A stretch of DNA of 64,000 bases from NCBI GenBank assembly GCA_963667845.2, contig CAXXVL010000002.1, positions 800,001 to 864,000 of the forward strand. The letters run 5' to 3'. Shown piece after piece: positions 8,911 to 22,344 of this stretch. The number at the start of each line of letters is the position of its first letter. Within the stretch, counting starts at the first letter, position 1. The position numbers were made by a program, and so were the translations under genes. The DNA is from Smithellaceae bacterium (lineage in GTDB: Bacteria; Desulfobacterota; Syntrophia; Syntrophales; Smithellaceae). The notes beneath the pieces were generated by a model that worked only from the letters and a program-made list of their open reading frames with translations, had not been told where the DNA came from and did not search any database.

Positions 8911-10785
8911 TTAGACTGAAATCCCGAGGCGCCGTAAATTTTCCTTTCGCGGACCAGCAACCTTTGGATCATATTTCCTGATTCGGTAATATTGACGAAC
9001 CATTTTTTCAATCGGCACCACGGAGTCTACAGGGTATTTGGTGACGGCCTCTTTCGTGAAGCGATCCGGCAGCGTGTCTTCGTCAGGTTTCTGCCCCATC
9101 CGGACGTTCATGTAGCGCTCCAGCTTGGTGATGCGCTCGCCGGCTTTCTTGAACTGCCATTGATTCATGGGAATACCGGTAATGGCGGAAAAGAAATCGG
9201 AATAGACACTCCAGTTCATCAGCATTTGCGACATTCCGGGGTTCAAAATGGTTGCTACTTTTAAAACCGCTTTGGGAAGATATTTGGGAATGACCGGTTC
9301 AGTCATGATGGCGAAGGCCGTAAACAGACAGGACTGGAGAGAATTGATACCGGCAAACAGGTCCTCGCAGAACACAACCCAGGAGGCCTTGCCCATCGTG
9401 GTCAAGGGCGGCATGAAACCCAGGAGCACTTCCAGAGAGACAAGATAAGATCCGAGGTGGCACCCCCCCTTGTTGTGCACGGCATAGGAAAGCCCATGCC
9501 CCCAGCAGGCCCGGGGATCATAGGCCGCAATCTCCAGACCCTTGGTATGGATGGCGAAATCCTTGCCGCCATACTTCGCGCTTAGACGCATTGATCCTTC
9601 CGCGAGCTCAGCGCCCTCACCCCGCCTGAGGGCAATATCTTCGAGGATTCTGGCGATGTTGTCGTGATTGTCAAAGGAAAGGTCGGTTTTACGCAACCCC
9701 TTTTCGCCGGCTTCCATAGCCCAGGCGATCGTGCCGCCGGCCGAAATGGTATCCATTCCTGTGTCATTCATGATGTCGTTCCAGATCGCGATTTTGTCCG
9801 TATCATAATTTTCGATATTACTGCCAAACAGCCCCGTTGTTTCGTACTCGGGGATCTGATGCATCTTTCCGTCGGGATACATACCCTTATGTCCACAGAG
9901 CACCGAGCAGTAGCGGCAGGTCGAGTGTCGGGTCCGGTACTTTTCAGCCATCACTTCACCCGTGAGGGCTTCGGTCTTCGGGCTGAACCGGTCTCGGAAA
10001 TTGCGCACCGGCGAGTAGCCGCTCGCGATACCAAAACGGGTGTTCATGTTTGTGCCGAAAGCCTTATACCCTTTGGTGAATGTGCTGCGCTGAATGTGCT
10101 TTTTGGCCTTCTTCATCGTCCTGTCAAATTTCTCTTTGTCGACCGGCACGCACCGGTATTCCTTGCCCCGGGCCACGATAGCCTTGAGGTTCTTCGCGCC
10201 CATCACAGCACCCACGCCGCCGCGTCCGGCAAAGCGGTGCCCTGAACAGATGTTGGCATAGAAGACTTTGTTTTCGCCGGCAGGCCCGATCACGCAAGCT
10301 CCTTCTTTCGGAGTCAAATGGAGGCGCTCCTGGGTGTCGTGCGTACCGGCTCCCCAGAGGTCGTCCGCATCCTCGAAAAAAACGTTGTTGTCATCGAAGC
10401 GAACAACCGTTGCTTTTGCCGCCCGGCCGGAAATAATCACACCGTCCCACCCGGCCGTCTTGCAGGCTTCGCCGAAGGGGCCGCCGCAGGAAGAGGCCAC
10501 CATGTAACCGGTGAGCGGCGATTTAGTAATGACTTCAAAACGGGCGGAACAGGGTGCGCCGGTGGTGAGAAGAACGCCGTTGGCAAAGATCAAAAGATTG
10601 TCCGGACCCAGGGGATCTATTTCTGACAGTTTGTCTTTCAGCCGGTCATAGAAAATCTTGATGCCCATGCCTTTGCCGCCCAGGAAATTTTTCAGATCCT
10701 CCTGCGATGCCTGATGCACCCGCCATGTCCTGTCGGTCAGGTTAATGTCGAGATATTTATTGCTGGTTCCGAGGATCTCTTTCAT
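8911..10785 (-). CDS. Aldehyde:ferredoxin oxidoreductase family protein
   Basis: KSPLTG, IGPAGE, GRGGVGAVMGAKNLKA, CRYCSVLC, PEYET, YDPR, GGCH. Confidence 0.95.
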   Translation of the reverse strand: MKEILGTSNKYLDINLTDRTWRVHQASQEDLKNFLGGKGMGIKIFYDRLKDKLSEIDPLGPDNLLIFANGVLLTTGAPCSARFEVITKSPLTGYMVASSCGGPFGEACKTAGWDGVIISGRAAKATVVRFDDNNVFFEDADDLWGAGTHDTQERLHLTPKEGACVIGPAGENKVFYANICSGHRFAGRGGVGAVMGAKNLKAIVARGKEYRCVPVDKEKFDRTMKKAKKHIQRSTFTKGYKAFGTNMNTRFGIASGYSPVRNFRDRFSPKTEALTGEVMAEKYRTRHSTCRYCSVLCGHKGMYPDGKMHQIPEYETTGLFGSNIENYDTDKIAIWNDIMNDTGMDTISAGGTIAWAMEAGEKGLRKTDLSFDNHDNIARILEDIALRRGEGAELAEGSMRLSAKYGGKDFAIHTKGLEIAAYDPRACWGHGLSYAVHNKGGCHLGSYLVSLEVLLGFMPPLTTMGKASWVVFCEDLFAGINSLQSCLFTAFAIMTEPVIPKYLPKAVLKVATILNPGMSQMLMNWSVYSDFFSAITGIPMNQWQFKKAGERITKLERYMNVRMGQKPDEDTLPDRFTKEAVTKYPVDSVVPIEKMVRQYYRIRKYDPKVAGPRKENLRRLGISV

Positions 10786-11198
10786 GCCGCACCTCCCATC
10801 GTTATGGCGTCAAAGAGGCAGTTATCTTTGCACCAGCCGCAGGAAACGCATTTAGCCGGTTGATTCAGGATTGCATGGTTCTCAGCAAGCGGAAGTAGCT
10901 CGTCGGCCATGGCCAGCGCGTGCGTTGGACAGGCAGCTATACAGTTTTCGCAGGCGACGCAAAGCTCAACGTTGATGACCGGCTTCGGCCATTCCGATTT
11001 TTTCATCCTGGCGATGGTTTTTCCTTTATCATCCAGAACCGCTGATTCCGGACAGATCCTGCCGCAGGCGCCGCATTCGATGCAGAGCGCTGCATCGATC
11101 ATGTGCCTTCCTTTTTTTTCACCCGAAATGGCCTGCTCCGGGCACATTTTAGCGCAGGCCCCGCAGCCGTTACACGATGCTGATATGGTAAAGCTCAT
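10782..11198 (-). CDS. Polyferredoxin with four [4Fe-4S] motifs
   Basis: Four CxxCxxCxxxC motifs. Its stop overlaps the AOR start (ATGA). Confidence 0.93.
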   Translation of the reverse strand: MSFTISASCNGCGACAKMCPEQAISGEKKGRHMIDAALCIECGACGRICPESAVLDDKGKTIARMKKSEWPKPVINVELCVACENCIAACPTHALAMADELLPLAENHAILNQPAKCVSCGWCKDNCLFDAITMGGAA

Positions 11199-11205
11199 AA
11201 ACCCT

Positions 11206-12786
11206 CTATTTTTCTTTCGGCGGTATCGCCGTCATGACATGTTCCGCCAGGGCCAGGATCGTCAAGGCCGGGTTGACGCCCAGATTGGCCGGCATGATGG
11301 ATCCATCCGCAACATAGAGACCTTCATAGCCAAAGACTTTCCCATGTTTGTCAACGACACCGTGATCCGGGCCGGTAGCTATCGGGCAGCCACCCAGCAT
11401 GTGAGCCGAAAGCGGCCGGTTCAACAGAACTTCGGAGACCGCACCCTGCGGTATTCCGTCGATCTTCTTCGCGACCGCGCGCGCTGCGGCATTGGCCTCC
11501 GGAATATAGGTCGGAATACCTCCCTCCGGCGATTCGGATGACAGGCGCCAGCGCCATGGTGCAAACCAGCTCCGCTTCAGCTTAATTCTCAAGCTGTTGT
11601 CATACACCTGCATGACGAGCAAAATAATGGATCTTCGCGCCCAGCCGAAGATCCACAAGCTTTTCAGAAAATGAGTGGGATGGGTCAGGCACTGGTAGAA
11701 ATACTTCATAACCCTTCCCCACTTGGAGCCGCCATCGGTCAGCACCTGGGCCAGCACGCCCATGACGTCGGAGCCTTCCGGATAGCGGGTGACTTCAATG
11801 GACGTGGCATCGTTGACCTGAAGAATGGAGGTAATCGCGGTTCCTTCGCAGTATTTAACATCGAGCGAGTTGGCCCGACCGCCGCAAAGCACTTCCGAAT
11901 TGGTGCGGAATTTGTAGCCGAGACGGTCCGATATTTTGGGGAGAAGTCCTTGCTGTTTGCAGCGCAAAAGCAGCGACAGCGTGTTGAGTGTTCCGGCGCT
12001 GACTACGACCTGACGCGCCCGCCAGATTTTTTTATCCGTCGGAAAAACAGCGGTCGCCTTGCTCGACTTCAGGATATAGCCTCCCCCAGGGTCAGGTTGA
12101 ATGCCGGTAACAAGCGTTTCCGGAACGATGCGTGCGCCGCGCTTTTCGGCCAGGTAGAGATAGTTTTTGTCCAGCGTGTTTTTCCCGCCGGTTTTGCATC
12201 CGATCATACAGGCGCCGGAGAAATCACAGCCCGTTCTTTCGGGACCCTCTCCGTCAAAATACGGGTCCGGAACTGTGACGCCCGGCTCTCCGAAAAAAGC
12301 TCCTACTTCCGTCGGAGCGAAATGATCGCTGCGGCCGATATCGGCGGCATATTCGGCCAGAACTTTGTCCGGTTCCGTAATTTTGGGAAACTTGGCGACG
12401 CCCAGCATTTTTCTGGCCATCCGGTAGTGCGGAGCTAACGTCGCTTTCCAATCCGGGTCAAGATCCACCCATTGCGGATCGCGATAAAAAGGATCCAAAG
12501 GCTGCATGAGGACCATGGCATACACCAGTGATCCGCCGCCGACGCCCGCGCCTCCCAGACCCATGAAATCCTTAAGCAGCCAGATCCGTTGAATTCCATA
12601 ACAGCCGATGATCGGCGCCCAGAGAAATTTCTTTACATTCCAGTTGGTGTTGGGAAAGTCTTTGGGTTGCCAGCGCTTACCGGCTTCGAGCACGCAGACA
12701 CTGTAGCCTTTTTCCGCCAGCCTTAATGCGGCAACGCTGCCGCCGAATCCCGATCCGATTACGATGAAATCATACGTTTCTTCCAT
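11206..12786 (-). CDS. GMC family FAD oxidoreductase (cholesterol oxidase ChoD-like)
   Basis: IGSGFGG, GVGGGSLVY, KNTLDKNYL, SAHMLGG, ADGS..PANLGVNPALTI. No signal peptide seen. GAGG RBS before ATG 12786. Confidence 0.9.
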   Translation of the reverse strand: MEETYDFIVIGSGFGGSVAALRLAEKGYSVCVLEAGKRWQPKDFPNTNWNVKKFLWAPIIGCYGIQRIWLLKDFMGLGGAGVGGGSLVYAMVLMQPLDPFYRDPQWVDLDPDWKATLAPHYRMARKMLGVAKFPKITEPDKVLAEYAADIGRSDHFAPTEVGAFFGEPGVTVPDPYFDGEGPERTGCDFSGACMIGCKTGGKNTLDKNYLYLAEKRGARIVPETLVTGIQPDPGGGYILKSSKATAVFPTDKKIWRARQVVVSAGTLNTLSLLLRCKQQGLLPKISDRLGYKFRTNSEVLCGGRANSLDVKYCEGTAITSILQVNDATSIEVTRYPEGSDVMGVLAQVLTDGGSKWGRVMKYFYQCLTHPTHFLKSLWIFGWARRSIILLVMQVYDNSLRIKLKRSWFAPWRWRLSSESPEGGIPTYIPEANAAARAVAKKIDGIPQGAVSEVLLNRPLSAHMLGGCPIATGPDHGVVDKHGKVFGYEGLYVADGSIMPANLGVNPALTILALAEHVMTAIPPKEK

Positions 12787-12879
12787 GGGCGACCTCATTT
12801 GTTGCGTGCTGATGGTGACAAGTTGTCTGATCCGCTAATCCGCGTTCCGGCCTCCGGAAAACTGCTTCTGCCGGAAGCG

Positions 12880-12908
12880 AGTATAGATAGAACCGACCAC
12901 GATGTCAA
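12880..12908 (-). promoter_or_regulatory. Sigma-70 promoter for the GMC-ferredoxin-AOR operon
   Basis: TTGACA-N17-TATACT on the minus strand. Confidence 0.75.
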
Positions 12909-13077
12909 CGAGATCATCCCAGTCCCCATTAAAGAAATGGCACTCTCTTTTTTTGATCACATATCAATAATTTGCGAAAATCCAAAAAGGAGGTTGAAAA
13001 ATTCAGGCGATCACCATAGAAAGGTAGGCGACAGTTAAGACTGTTGCCCACTAAAATGAGCCGACGAAGGGTTTTGC

Positions 13078-14223
13078 ATGATTTCTAAAAGAGCATCCGA
13101 ATTTACCTCTTTCATCGTCATGGACGTCATGGCCAGAGCGGAGGAGTTGGAGAGAAAAGGCGAACACATTATCCACATGGAAGTGGGAGAACCGGATTTC
13201 CCCACGCCTAAAGTCATCAGCGATGCGGCCATTGAGGCTTTAAAAAACAATAAAACCCGCTATACGCACGCCCTGGGGCTACTCGAACTGCGCCAGGCGA
13301 TTTGCGACTATTACAGGAAAGAATATAGCGTATCGATCACGCCTGATCAGGTCCTGGTGTCTACCGGAACATCGCCGGTATTGCTGTTTGCCATGCTGGC
13401 TATTTTAAATCACGGCGACGAAGTGATCATTTCCAATCCCCGCTATCCCTGTTATCAGAATTTTATCCTGGCGGCAGGAGGTAAACTCAAGGAAATTCTA
13501 ACCTATCCCGAGGAGGGATTCCAATACCGCCACAAAGATATTGAAAAGAAGCTCTCCAAACGGACGAAAAGCATCATGATCAACTCTCCCTGCAATCCCA
13601 CCGGCATTGTTATGACCGGCGAACAATTGCAAGATATCGCTCAGTTCGACGGCCAATATATTATCTCCGATGAAATTTACCACGGGCTGGTCTATGAAGG
13701 GAAAGCGCATTCCATTCTGGAATTTACAGATAAAGCGTTTGTCATTAACGGCTTTTCCAAACTCTACGCGATGACCGGCTGGCGGTTGGGTTATCTGATC
13801 TTTCCGAAAGAATTCAGTGCCGTCATGCAGCGCATCCATCAGAATTTTATGATCTCCGCAAGCGGTTTCATTCAGTGGGCAGGCATTACCGCACTCCAGG
13901 AAGCGCAGGCCGACGTGGAAAGCATGGTCAAAACTTATGACGAACGTCGCCGTTACATGCTCACACGGCTTAAAGATATGGGTTTTATCATTCATGTCGA
14001 ACCGACCGGTGCGTTTTATGTCTTTGCCGATGGACGCAAATTTTTCCAAGACTCTTACAAAGAAGCTTTTAGAATCATTGAAGGAGCGAAAGTCGGCGTG
14101 ACCCCCGGCATTGATTTCGGAAGCGGCGGTGAAGGATTTTTACGCTTCTCTTACGCCACTTCCCTGGAAAATATCGAAGAAGGTTTAAACCGCCTGGAGC
14201 GCTATCTGGGCCACAAAAAGTAA
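13078..14223 (+). CDS. Class I/II PLP-dependent aminotransferase (aspartate aminotransferase-like)
   Basis: GEPDF, NSPCNPTG, SDEIY, GFSKLYAMTGWRLG. Confidence 0.95.
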   Translation: MISKRASEFTSFIVMDVMARAEELERKGEHIIHMEVGEPDFPTPKVISDAAIEALKNNKTRYTHALGLLELRQAICDYYRKEYSVSITPDQVLVSTGTSPVLLFAMLAILNHGDEVIISNPRYPCYQNFILAAGGKLKEILTYPEEGFQYRHKDIEKKLSKRTKSIMINSPCNPTGIVMTGEQLQDIAQFDGQYIISDEIYHGLVYEGKAHSILEFTDKAFVINGFSKLYAMTGWRLGYLIFPKEFSAVMQRIHQNFMISASGFIQWAGITALQEAQADVESMVKTYDERRRYMLTRLKDMGFIIHVEPTGAFYVFADGRKFFQDSYKEAFRIIEGAKVGVTPGIDFGSGGEGFLRFSYATSLENIEEGLNRLERYLGHKK

Positions 14224-14295
14224 GGCCATGGACAAAGCCGCTCATTTGGCGTATTTTGCATCTCGCAAGCTGGAACTAATTCCCAAGGAGGATGT

Positions 14296-15096
14296 ATGAC
14301 TTATCAATTTATAGAACTGAAAATCGAAAATCATGTAGCCACTGTCGCTATGGCCAGGGTAGATGCCTTAAACGCTCTCAGCCTCGGCTTTGCAGCAGAA
14401 ATTGCAGCCGTGTTTCGTGAGCTGGCAGCGAACGACGACGTTCGGGCGATCATCTTTTGCAGCAAGGCGCGGATTTTCTGTGCCGGACTGGACTTGAAGG
14501 AAGCGGCAAGCGGTGCGAGCGGCACAGCCAAAGGAGTCATCGACACCATCAGAAATTCCCAGCCGTTGTTTGACTGCTGCAACTTTATCGAAGAATGTCC
14601 CAAACCGGTGATTGCCGCTGTTCACGGCAAATGCATCGGCGGCGGGCTCGATATGATTTCAGCCTGCGATATCCGCCTTTGCACGGAAGATGCGATATTC
14701 TGCCTGAAGGAAGCAGCCATCGGTCTGGTGGCGGATATGGGAATTCTGCAGAGACTGCCGATGATCGTGGGCCAGGGCTTTGCCCGCGAGATGGCCTATA
14801 CGGCGGCCAATTACTCGGCGCGCGATGTAGAAAAAATGGGCCTCGTCAATCACGTGTATGCCGATCATGCGGGGGTGATGGCCGCCGCGCAAAAACTGGC
14901 CGCCCAGATTGCCGCCAACGCGCCGCTCGGCATCAAGTATACCAAAGAAGTTCTCAACTTCAGCCGCTATGTGAATGTCTATGAAGGCATGGCGATGGCC
15001 ATTCAGAAAAATGCGACGCTGCTCATGTCGGAAGATTTGAAGGAAGCGATGATGTCTTTTCTGGAGAGAAGGCCGGCCGATTTTAAAGGCAGGTAA
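14296..15096 (+). CDS. Enoyl-CoA hydratase/isomerase (crotonase family, dienoyl-CoA isomerase-like)
   Basis: FCAGLDL, KPVIAAVHGKCIGGG, CDIR, ADMGILQRLP. Confidence 0.92.
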   Translation: MTYQFIELKIENHVATVAMARVDALNALSLGFAAEIAAVFRELAANDDVRAIIFCSKARIFCAGLDLKEAASGASGTAKGVIDTIRNSQPLFDCCNFIEECPKPVIAAVHGKCIGGGLDMISACDIRLCTEDAIFCLKEAAIGLVADMGILQRLPMIVGQGFAREMAYTAANYSARDVEKMGLVNHVYADHAGVMAAAQKLAAQIAANAPLGIKYTKEVLNFSRYVNVYEGMAMAIQKNATLLMSEDLKEAMMSFLERRPADFKGR

Positions 15097-15109
15097 ATAC
15101 TAAGATTCC

Positions 15110-15147
15110 GCCCTCAGGGTCCTGCGTCCATCGCAGACCCTGAGGGC
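15110..15147. terminator. GC-rich hairpin between convergent genes
   Basis: gccctcagggt-c-ctgcg / cgcag-accctgagggc stem. No clear U-tract. Confidence 0.55.
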
Positions 15148-15160
15148 CGGAGCTTGATTA

Positions 15161-15784
15161 TCAATTCATCTTTTTGCCGTTATAGTAACCGTCGACTTTT
15201 TTGTCAGAATGGTTGTTTCTATTCCACTGAAGATTTCTTTCCGCCTCCTCCCGGCTCCACTCCGGTTCAAATCCAACGCGATTATCATTCCAGAACAGCT
15301 CATAGCCGACGCCGAATCCGATAAATCCATAGGCGATAAATCTGGCCATATCGAGTTTGTTTTTAGGCTGCGGGTTTTCTACGGATTTGCTGTCCGATTT
15401 TTCGATTTTGCCGGTTTGAATATTGACCATTTCGATATTCAGCATAAAAATCGTGTCTAACCTGGAATACGATCCGACAAAAACATACTGGGCGTTGATC
15501 ATTTTGCCGATTTTGACGATGGTTTTGACGTCCGTCATACCGGATGTTTGAAACCGTTGTTCGTCCGCAATCTTCTGAATGCGATTCCGGTCGAGCACGT
15601 TGAACTTTCCGGTTTTGATGAGTTCGCTGCGGAAGAAATCAGCCAGAATATCGGCATCTTCTTTGGAGACATTTTTCGCGGAAAAATCAAGCACCGCGAC
15701 ATTGGCTTTTTCTTCGGCCTGCAAAATCCAGGCGCACGTCAGGACAATGAATGCTACCCCGATCAGAACGATTATTTTCTTCAT
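15161..15784 (-). CDS. Secreted CsgG/HfaB-family (TolB_N-like) protein with a small C-terminal domain
   Basis: Signal peptide; VAVLDF, GKFNVLDR..I..EQ.FQ.SG, KIGK..NA..V.VGS. Confidence 0.75.
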   Translation of the reverse strand: MKKIIVLIGVAFIVLTCAWILQAEEKANVAVLDFSAKNVSKEDADILADFFRSELIKTGKFNVLDRNRIQKIADEQRFQTSGMTDVKTIVKIGKMINAQYVFVGSYSRLDTIFMLNIEMVNIQTGKIEKSDSKSVENPQPKNKLDMARFIAYGFIGFGVGYELFWNDNRVGFEPEWSREEAERNLQWNRNNHSDKKVDGYYNGKKMN

Positions 15785-15953
15785 TTCAGCCCCTTCATAA
15801 ACGTTTATTCTTTCGCATCAACGATATTCAAATCAGCATAGAACAAAGGCTTGCAACCCCTTGTTCTGGTGCAGTTCATCATAAATCCATGCAAAGGGAT
15901 TTGTTACGGAACACCTCTATCAGAAAAGTGGTCAAAACCGCAATCGGTAATCC

Positions 15954-17381
15954 TTACTTCAGTTCCATGCAGAATTTATCGATCTTTTCGGGCGGGATAA
16001 TGGGATAGTCGCCGGTATAGCAGGCCAGACAGAAACATTCTTTAGGCATGTTGGTCGCTTTGATCATGCCGTCGACGGTCAGGTAGTGGAGCGAATCCAG
16101 GCCGATGAAGTCGGCGATGGCTTTTTCGTTTTCTTTTTTGGTCGCGATCAACTCGCCCTTGGAGGAAAAGTCAATGCCGTAAGGACAGGGAAACAGCGTG
16201 GGTGGACAGCTGATGACCATATGGAGTTCTTTGATGCCGATTCCCTGCAGATGCTTCACGCGGTTACGGCTCGTGGTGCCGCGGATGATGGAATCCTCGA
16301 CAATCATGACTTTCTTGCCTTCCAAGAGAGGTTTGACCGGGTTGAGCTTAACGCGCACGGCAAAATCGCGCATGGGCTGGGTGGGTTGAATGAAGGTACG
16401 GCCGACATAATGGTTGCGGATCATCCCCATTTCAAAAGGGATACCGCTCTCTTCGGCATAACCCAATGCTGCGTAATTTCCGGAATCCGGAAAGGGCATC
16501 ACAATATCCACATCCGGGCGGTATTCCCGAGCCAGTTCCTGGCCGAGTCGCTTGCGGCAGAGATACACATTCTGACCGAATATCTGGCTGTCGGGACGGG
16601 AAAAATAAATCAGCTCAAAGATGCAGTGGCAATGCTTCACCGGCTGAAAAGGCTTCAGGCTTTTATAACCATGGGCGTCAATGATAATGATTTCTCCCGG
16701 CTCAACATCGCGGATATACTCGGCGCCCACCAGATCGAAAGCACAGGTTTCGGACGCAACCACCCACCCGCCGTTCAGCTTGCCCAACGCCAACGGCCGG
16801 AAACCTCGCGGATCACGGGCCGCGATCACTTTGTCTCGGGTCAACATGACCAGGCTGTAGGCACCTTCGACTTTTTTCAGGGCAATCGAAAGGGCTTCTT
16901 CCAATCCTTTTTTTAAATGCGGCGCCATTAAATGAATGATGACTTCACTGTCCATCGTTGATTGAAAAATCGAACCGTTGTTTTCCAGTTCCACCCTCAG
17001 CTGCTGGGCATTGACAATATTGCCGTTGTGCGCCAGGGCGTAATACTCTTCGCCAACGTGAACCAGGAAAGGCTGGGCGTTGGAAATTGTGGAGGAGCCG
17101 GTAGTGGAATAACGCACATGCCCGATCGCCAGGGAGCCGACAAGCTTCTGCAGCGTCGATTCCTTAAACACGTTCGAGGCCAGCCCCATGCCTTTGTGCT
17201 CCATCACCTGACAGCCGTCGGAGCTGACAATACCTGCGGATTCCTGCCCGCGGTGCTGCAGGGCAAAAAGGCCGAAGAAGGCAACACGCGCGGCTTCTTC
17301 ATGGCCATAAATGGCAAATACACCGCACTCTTCCCGCGGACGGCCGGATTCATTTTGGGTGTCATCAAATAGTGATATCAT
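15954..17381 (-). CDS. purF: Amidophosphoribosyltransferase
   Basis: EECGVF propeptide/Ntn Cys, LQHRGQESAG, GHVRYST, VEDSIIRGTT, CLACYTG. Confidence 0.98.
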   Translation of the reverse strand: MISLFDDTQNESGRPREECGVFAIYGHEEAARVAFFGLFALQHRGQESAGIVSSDGCQVMEHKGMGLASNVFKESTLQKLVGSLAIGHVRYSTTGSSTISNAQPFLVHVGEEYYALAHNGNIVNAQQLRVELENNGSIFQSTMDSEVIIHLMAPHLKKGLEEALSIALKKVEGAYSLVMLTRDKVIAARDPRGFRPLALGKLNGGWVVASETCAFDLVGAEYIRDVEPGEIIIIDAHGYKSLKPFQPVKHCHCIFELIYFSRPDSQIFGQNVYLCRKRLGQELAREYRPDVDIVMPFPDSGNYAALGYAEESGIPFEMGMIRNHYVGRTFIQPTQPMRDFAVRVKLNPVKPLLEGKKVMIVEDSIIRGTTSRNRVKHLQGIGIKELHMVISCPPTLFPCPYGIDFSSKGELIATKKENEKAIADFIGLDSLHYLTVDGMIKATNMPKECFCLACYTGDYPIIPPEKIDKFCMELK

Positions 17382-17440
17382 AATATGTTTTTCCCTTGTT
17401 GGGGTCGGTCGCGTGACCTTCAGGTCATGGAAACCATTCC

Positions 17441-20647
<3,207 letters not shown>

Positions 20648-20684
20648 TTCTTTTTTACCAATTTCTTTTCTTTATCTCATTGAC

Positions 20685-20805
20685 GGCGATGTACTGGCTC
20701 GCTGTGTTGCGAATGGGAGCTTTTTCCGGGAACTCTGCCTGCGAAACGAAACGTCCGCCGGGTCGGAAAAAGATTCTGAGCAACGCTGTGCGCCAGTAGA
20801 TCGCC
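20685..20805. repeat. 121-nt imperfect palindromic element between guaA and carB
   Basis: ggcgatgtactggctcgctgtgttgc versus reverse complement of the other end ggcgatctactggcgcacagcgttgc. Inner tttttccg/cggaaaaa pair. Confidence 0.65.
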
Positions 20806-20813
20806 ACCTTCCC

Positions 20814-22343
20814 TTATTCCCACTCAATCGTGCTGGGCGGTTTGGAACTGATATCGTAAACCACGCGGTTGATGCCCCGTACTTCATTAATGATGCGTGT
20901 CGAGATGCGCGCGAGCAATTCCTGCGGCAGTCTCGCCCAGTCCGCAGTCATCGCATCGTCACTCGTCACGGCGCGGATCGCAACGATATTTTCATAGGTC
21001 CGCTGGTCGCCCATGATGCCTACGCTTTTCAGCGGCAGCAGGACGGCGAACGACTGCCACAACTTGTAATAGAGATTCGCGGCACGGATTTCTTCAAGCA
21101 GGATCGTATCCGCCTTACGCAGCACCGACAGCCGCTGGGCGCTGACGTCTCCGATAATCCGGATGGCCAGGCCGGGGCCGGGAAACGGCTGCCGCCATAC
21201 GACATCGTCGGCCAATCCCAGTTCTTTCCCCAGTAGACGCACTTCATCTTTAAATAAGTGCTTCAGCGGCTCCACCAATTTTAAATTCATCTTTTTGGGC
21301 AGACCGCCGACATTATGATGCGACTTGATCACCGCGCTGGGACCGCCGAAGGCGGAGCGCGACTCGATCAGATCGGGATATAAAGTTCCCTGCGCCAGAA
21401 ATTTAACATTCTTAATTTTGCGGGCTTCCGCGTCAAACACTTCGATAAAGGTGCGACCGATGATTTTGCGTTTCCTCTCCGGATCGGTGACGCCTTTTAA
21501 TTTTTTCAGAAACAGTTTTCCCGAGCGGGCAAAATGCAGGTTGATCTGAAGATTCTTTTTAAACATATCGATGACGCGTTCGGCCTCGTTAGCCCTGAGC
21601 ACGCCGTTGTCCACAAACACGCAGGTCAATTGCTTGCCGATGGCCCTGTGGAGTAGAACAGCCGCTACCGACGAATCGACACCGCCGGAGAGTCCCAGAA
21701 TAACTTTTTCCTTACCCACCTGCTGCCTGATTTCTTCTATGGCATGGTTCACGAAAGATTTCATCGACCAGGATTTCCGGCAATGGCAAACACCGAACAG
21801 GAAGTTCGCCAGTATTTTCTTACCGGCCTGGGTATGAACAACTTCAGGGTGAAACTGCAGCCCGTAAAGACTTCGCCTTTCATCTTCAGCCGCCGCAACC
21901 GGAGTATTGGACGTGGATGCGGTAATGGTAAATCCTTCCGGCAGTGTGCCGATCGAATCGCCGTGACTCATCCAGCACTGCGTCTTTTTTCCCACGCCGG
22001 AAAAGATACCTTTTTGCTTTTTGACGAGAAGTTCCGCAAATCCATATTCCCGTTTGGTCGAACCGATAACTTTGCCACCCAGGGAATCCACCATGTATTG
22101 CAGACCATAACAGATACCCAGAATCGGTACACCTAATCCAAAGATCTTACGGTCGACACGCGGTGCGCCTTTGGAATAAATACTGGCCGGACCGCCGGAG
22201 AGAATGATTCCCTCGGGTTTGAGCGCTTTGATGCTCTTAAGCGGAATATCAGGGGGTTCAATTTGACAGTAAACATGGTTTTCCCGCACGCGCCGGGCGA
22301 TGAGCTGGTTGTATTGGGAACCGAAATCAATAATCAGAATCAC
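20814..22343 (-). CDS. guaA: GMP synthase (glutamine-hydrolysing)
   Basis: [42 protein letters not shown]. Confidence 0.99.
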   Translation of the reverse strand: MILIIDFGSQYNQLIARRVRENHVYCQIEPPDIPLKSIKALKPEGIILSGGPASIYSKGAPRVDRKIFGLGVPILGICYGLQYMVDSLGGKVIGSTKREYGFAELLVKKQKGIFSGVGKKTQCWMSHGDSIGTLPEGFTITASTSNTPVAAAEDERRSLYGLQFHPEVVHTQAGKKILANFLFGVCHCRKSWSMKSFVNHAIEEIRQQVGKEKVILGLSGGVDSSVAAVLLHRAIGKQLTCVFVDNGVLRANEAERVIDMFKKNLQINLHFARSGKLFLKKLKGVTDPERKRKIIGRTFIEVFDAEARKIKNVKFLAQGTLYPDLIESRSAFGGPSAVIKSHHNVGGLPKKMNLKLVEPLKHLFKDEVRLLGKELGLADDVVWRQPFPGPGLAIRIIGDVSAQRLSVLRKADTILLEEIRAANLYYKLWQSFAVLLPLKSVGIMGDQRTYENIVAIRAVTSDDAMTADWARLPQELLARISTRIINEVRGINRVVYDISSKPPSTIEWE

Positions 22344-22344
22344 G

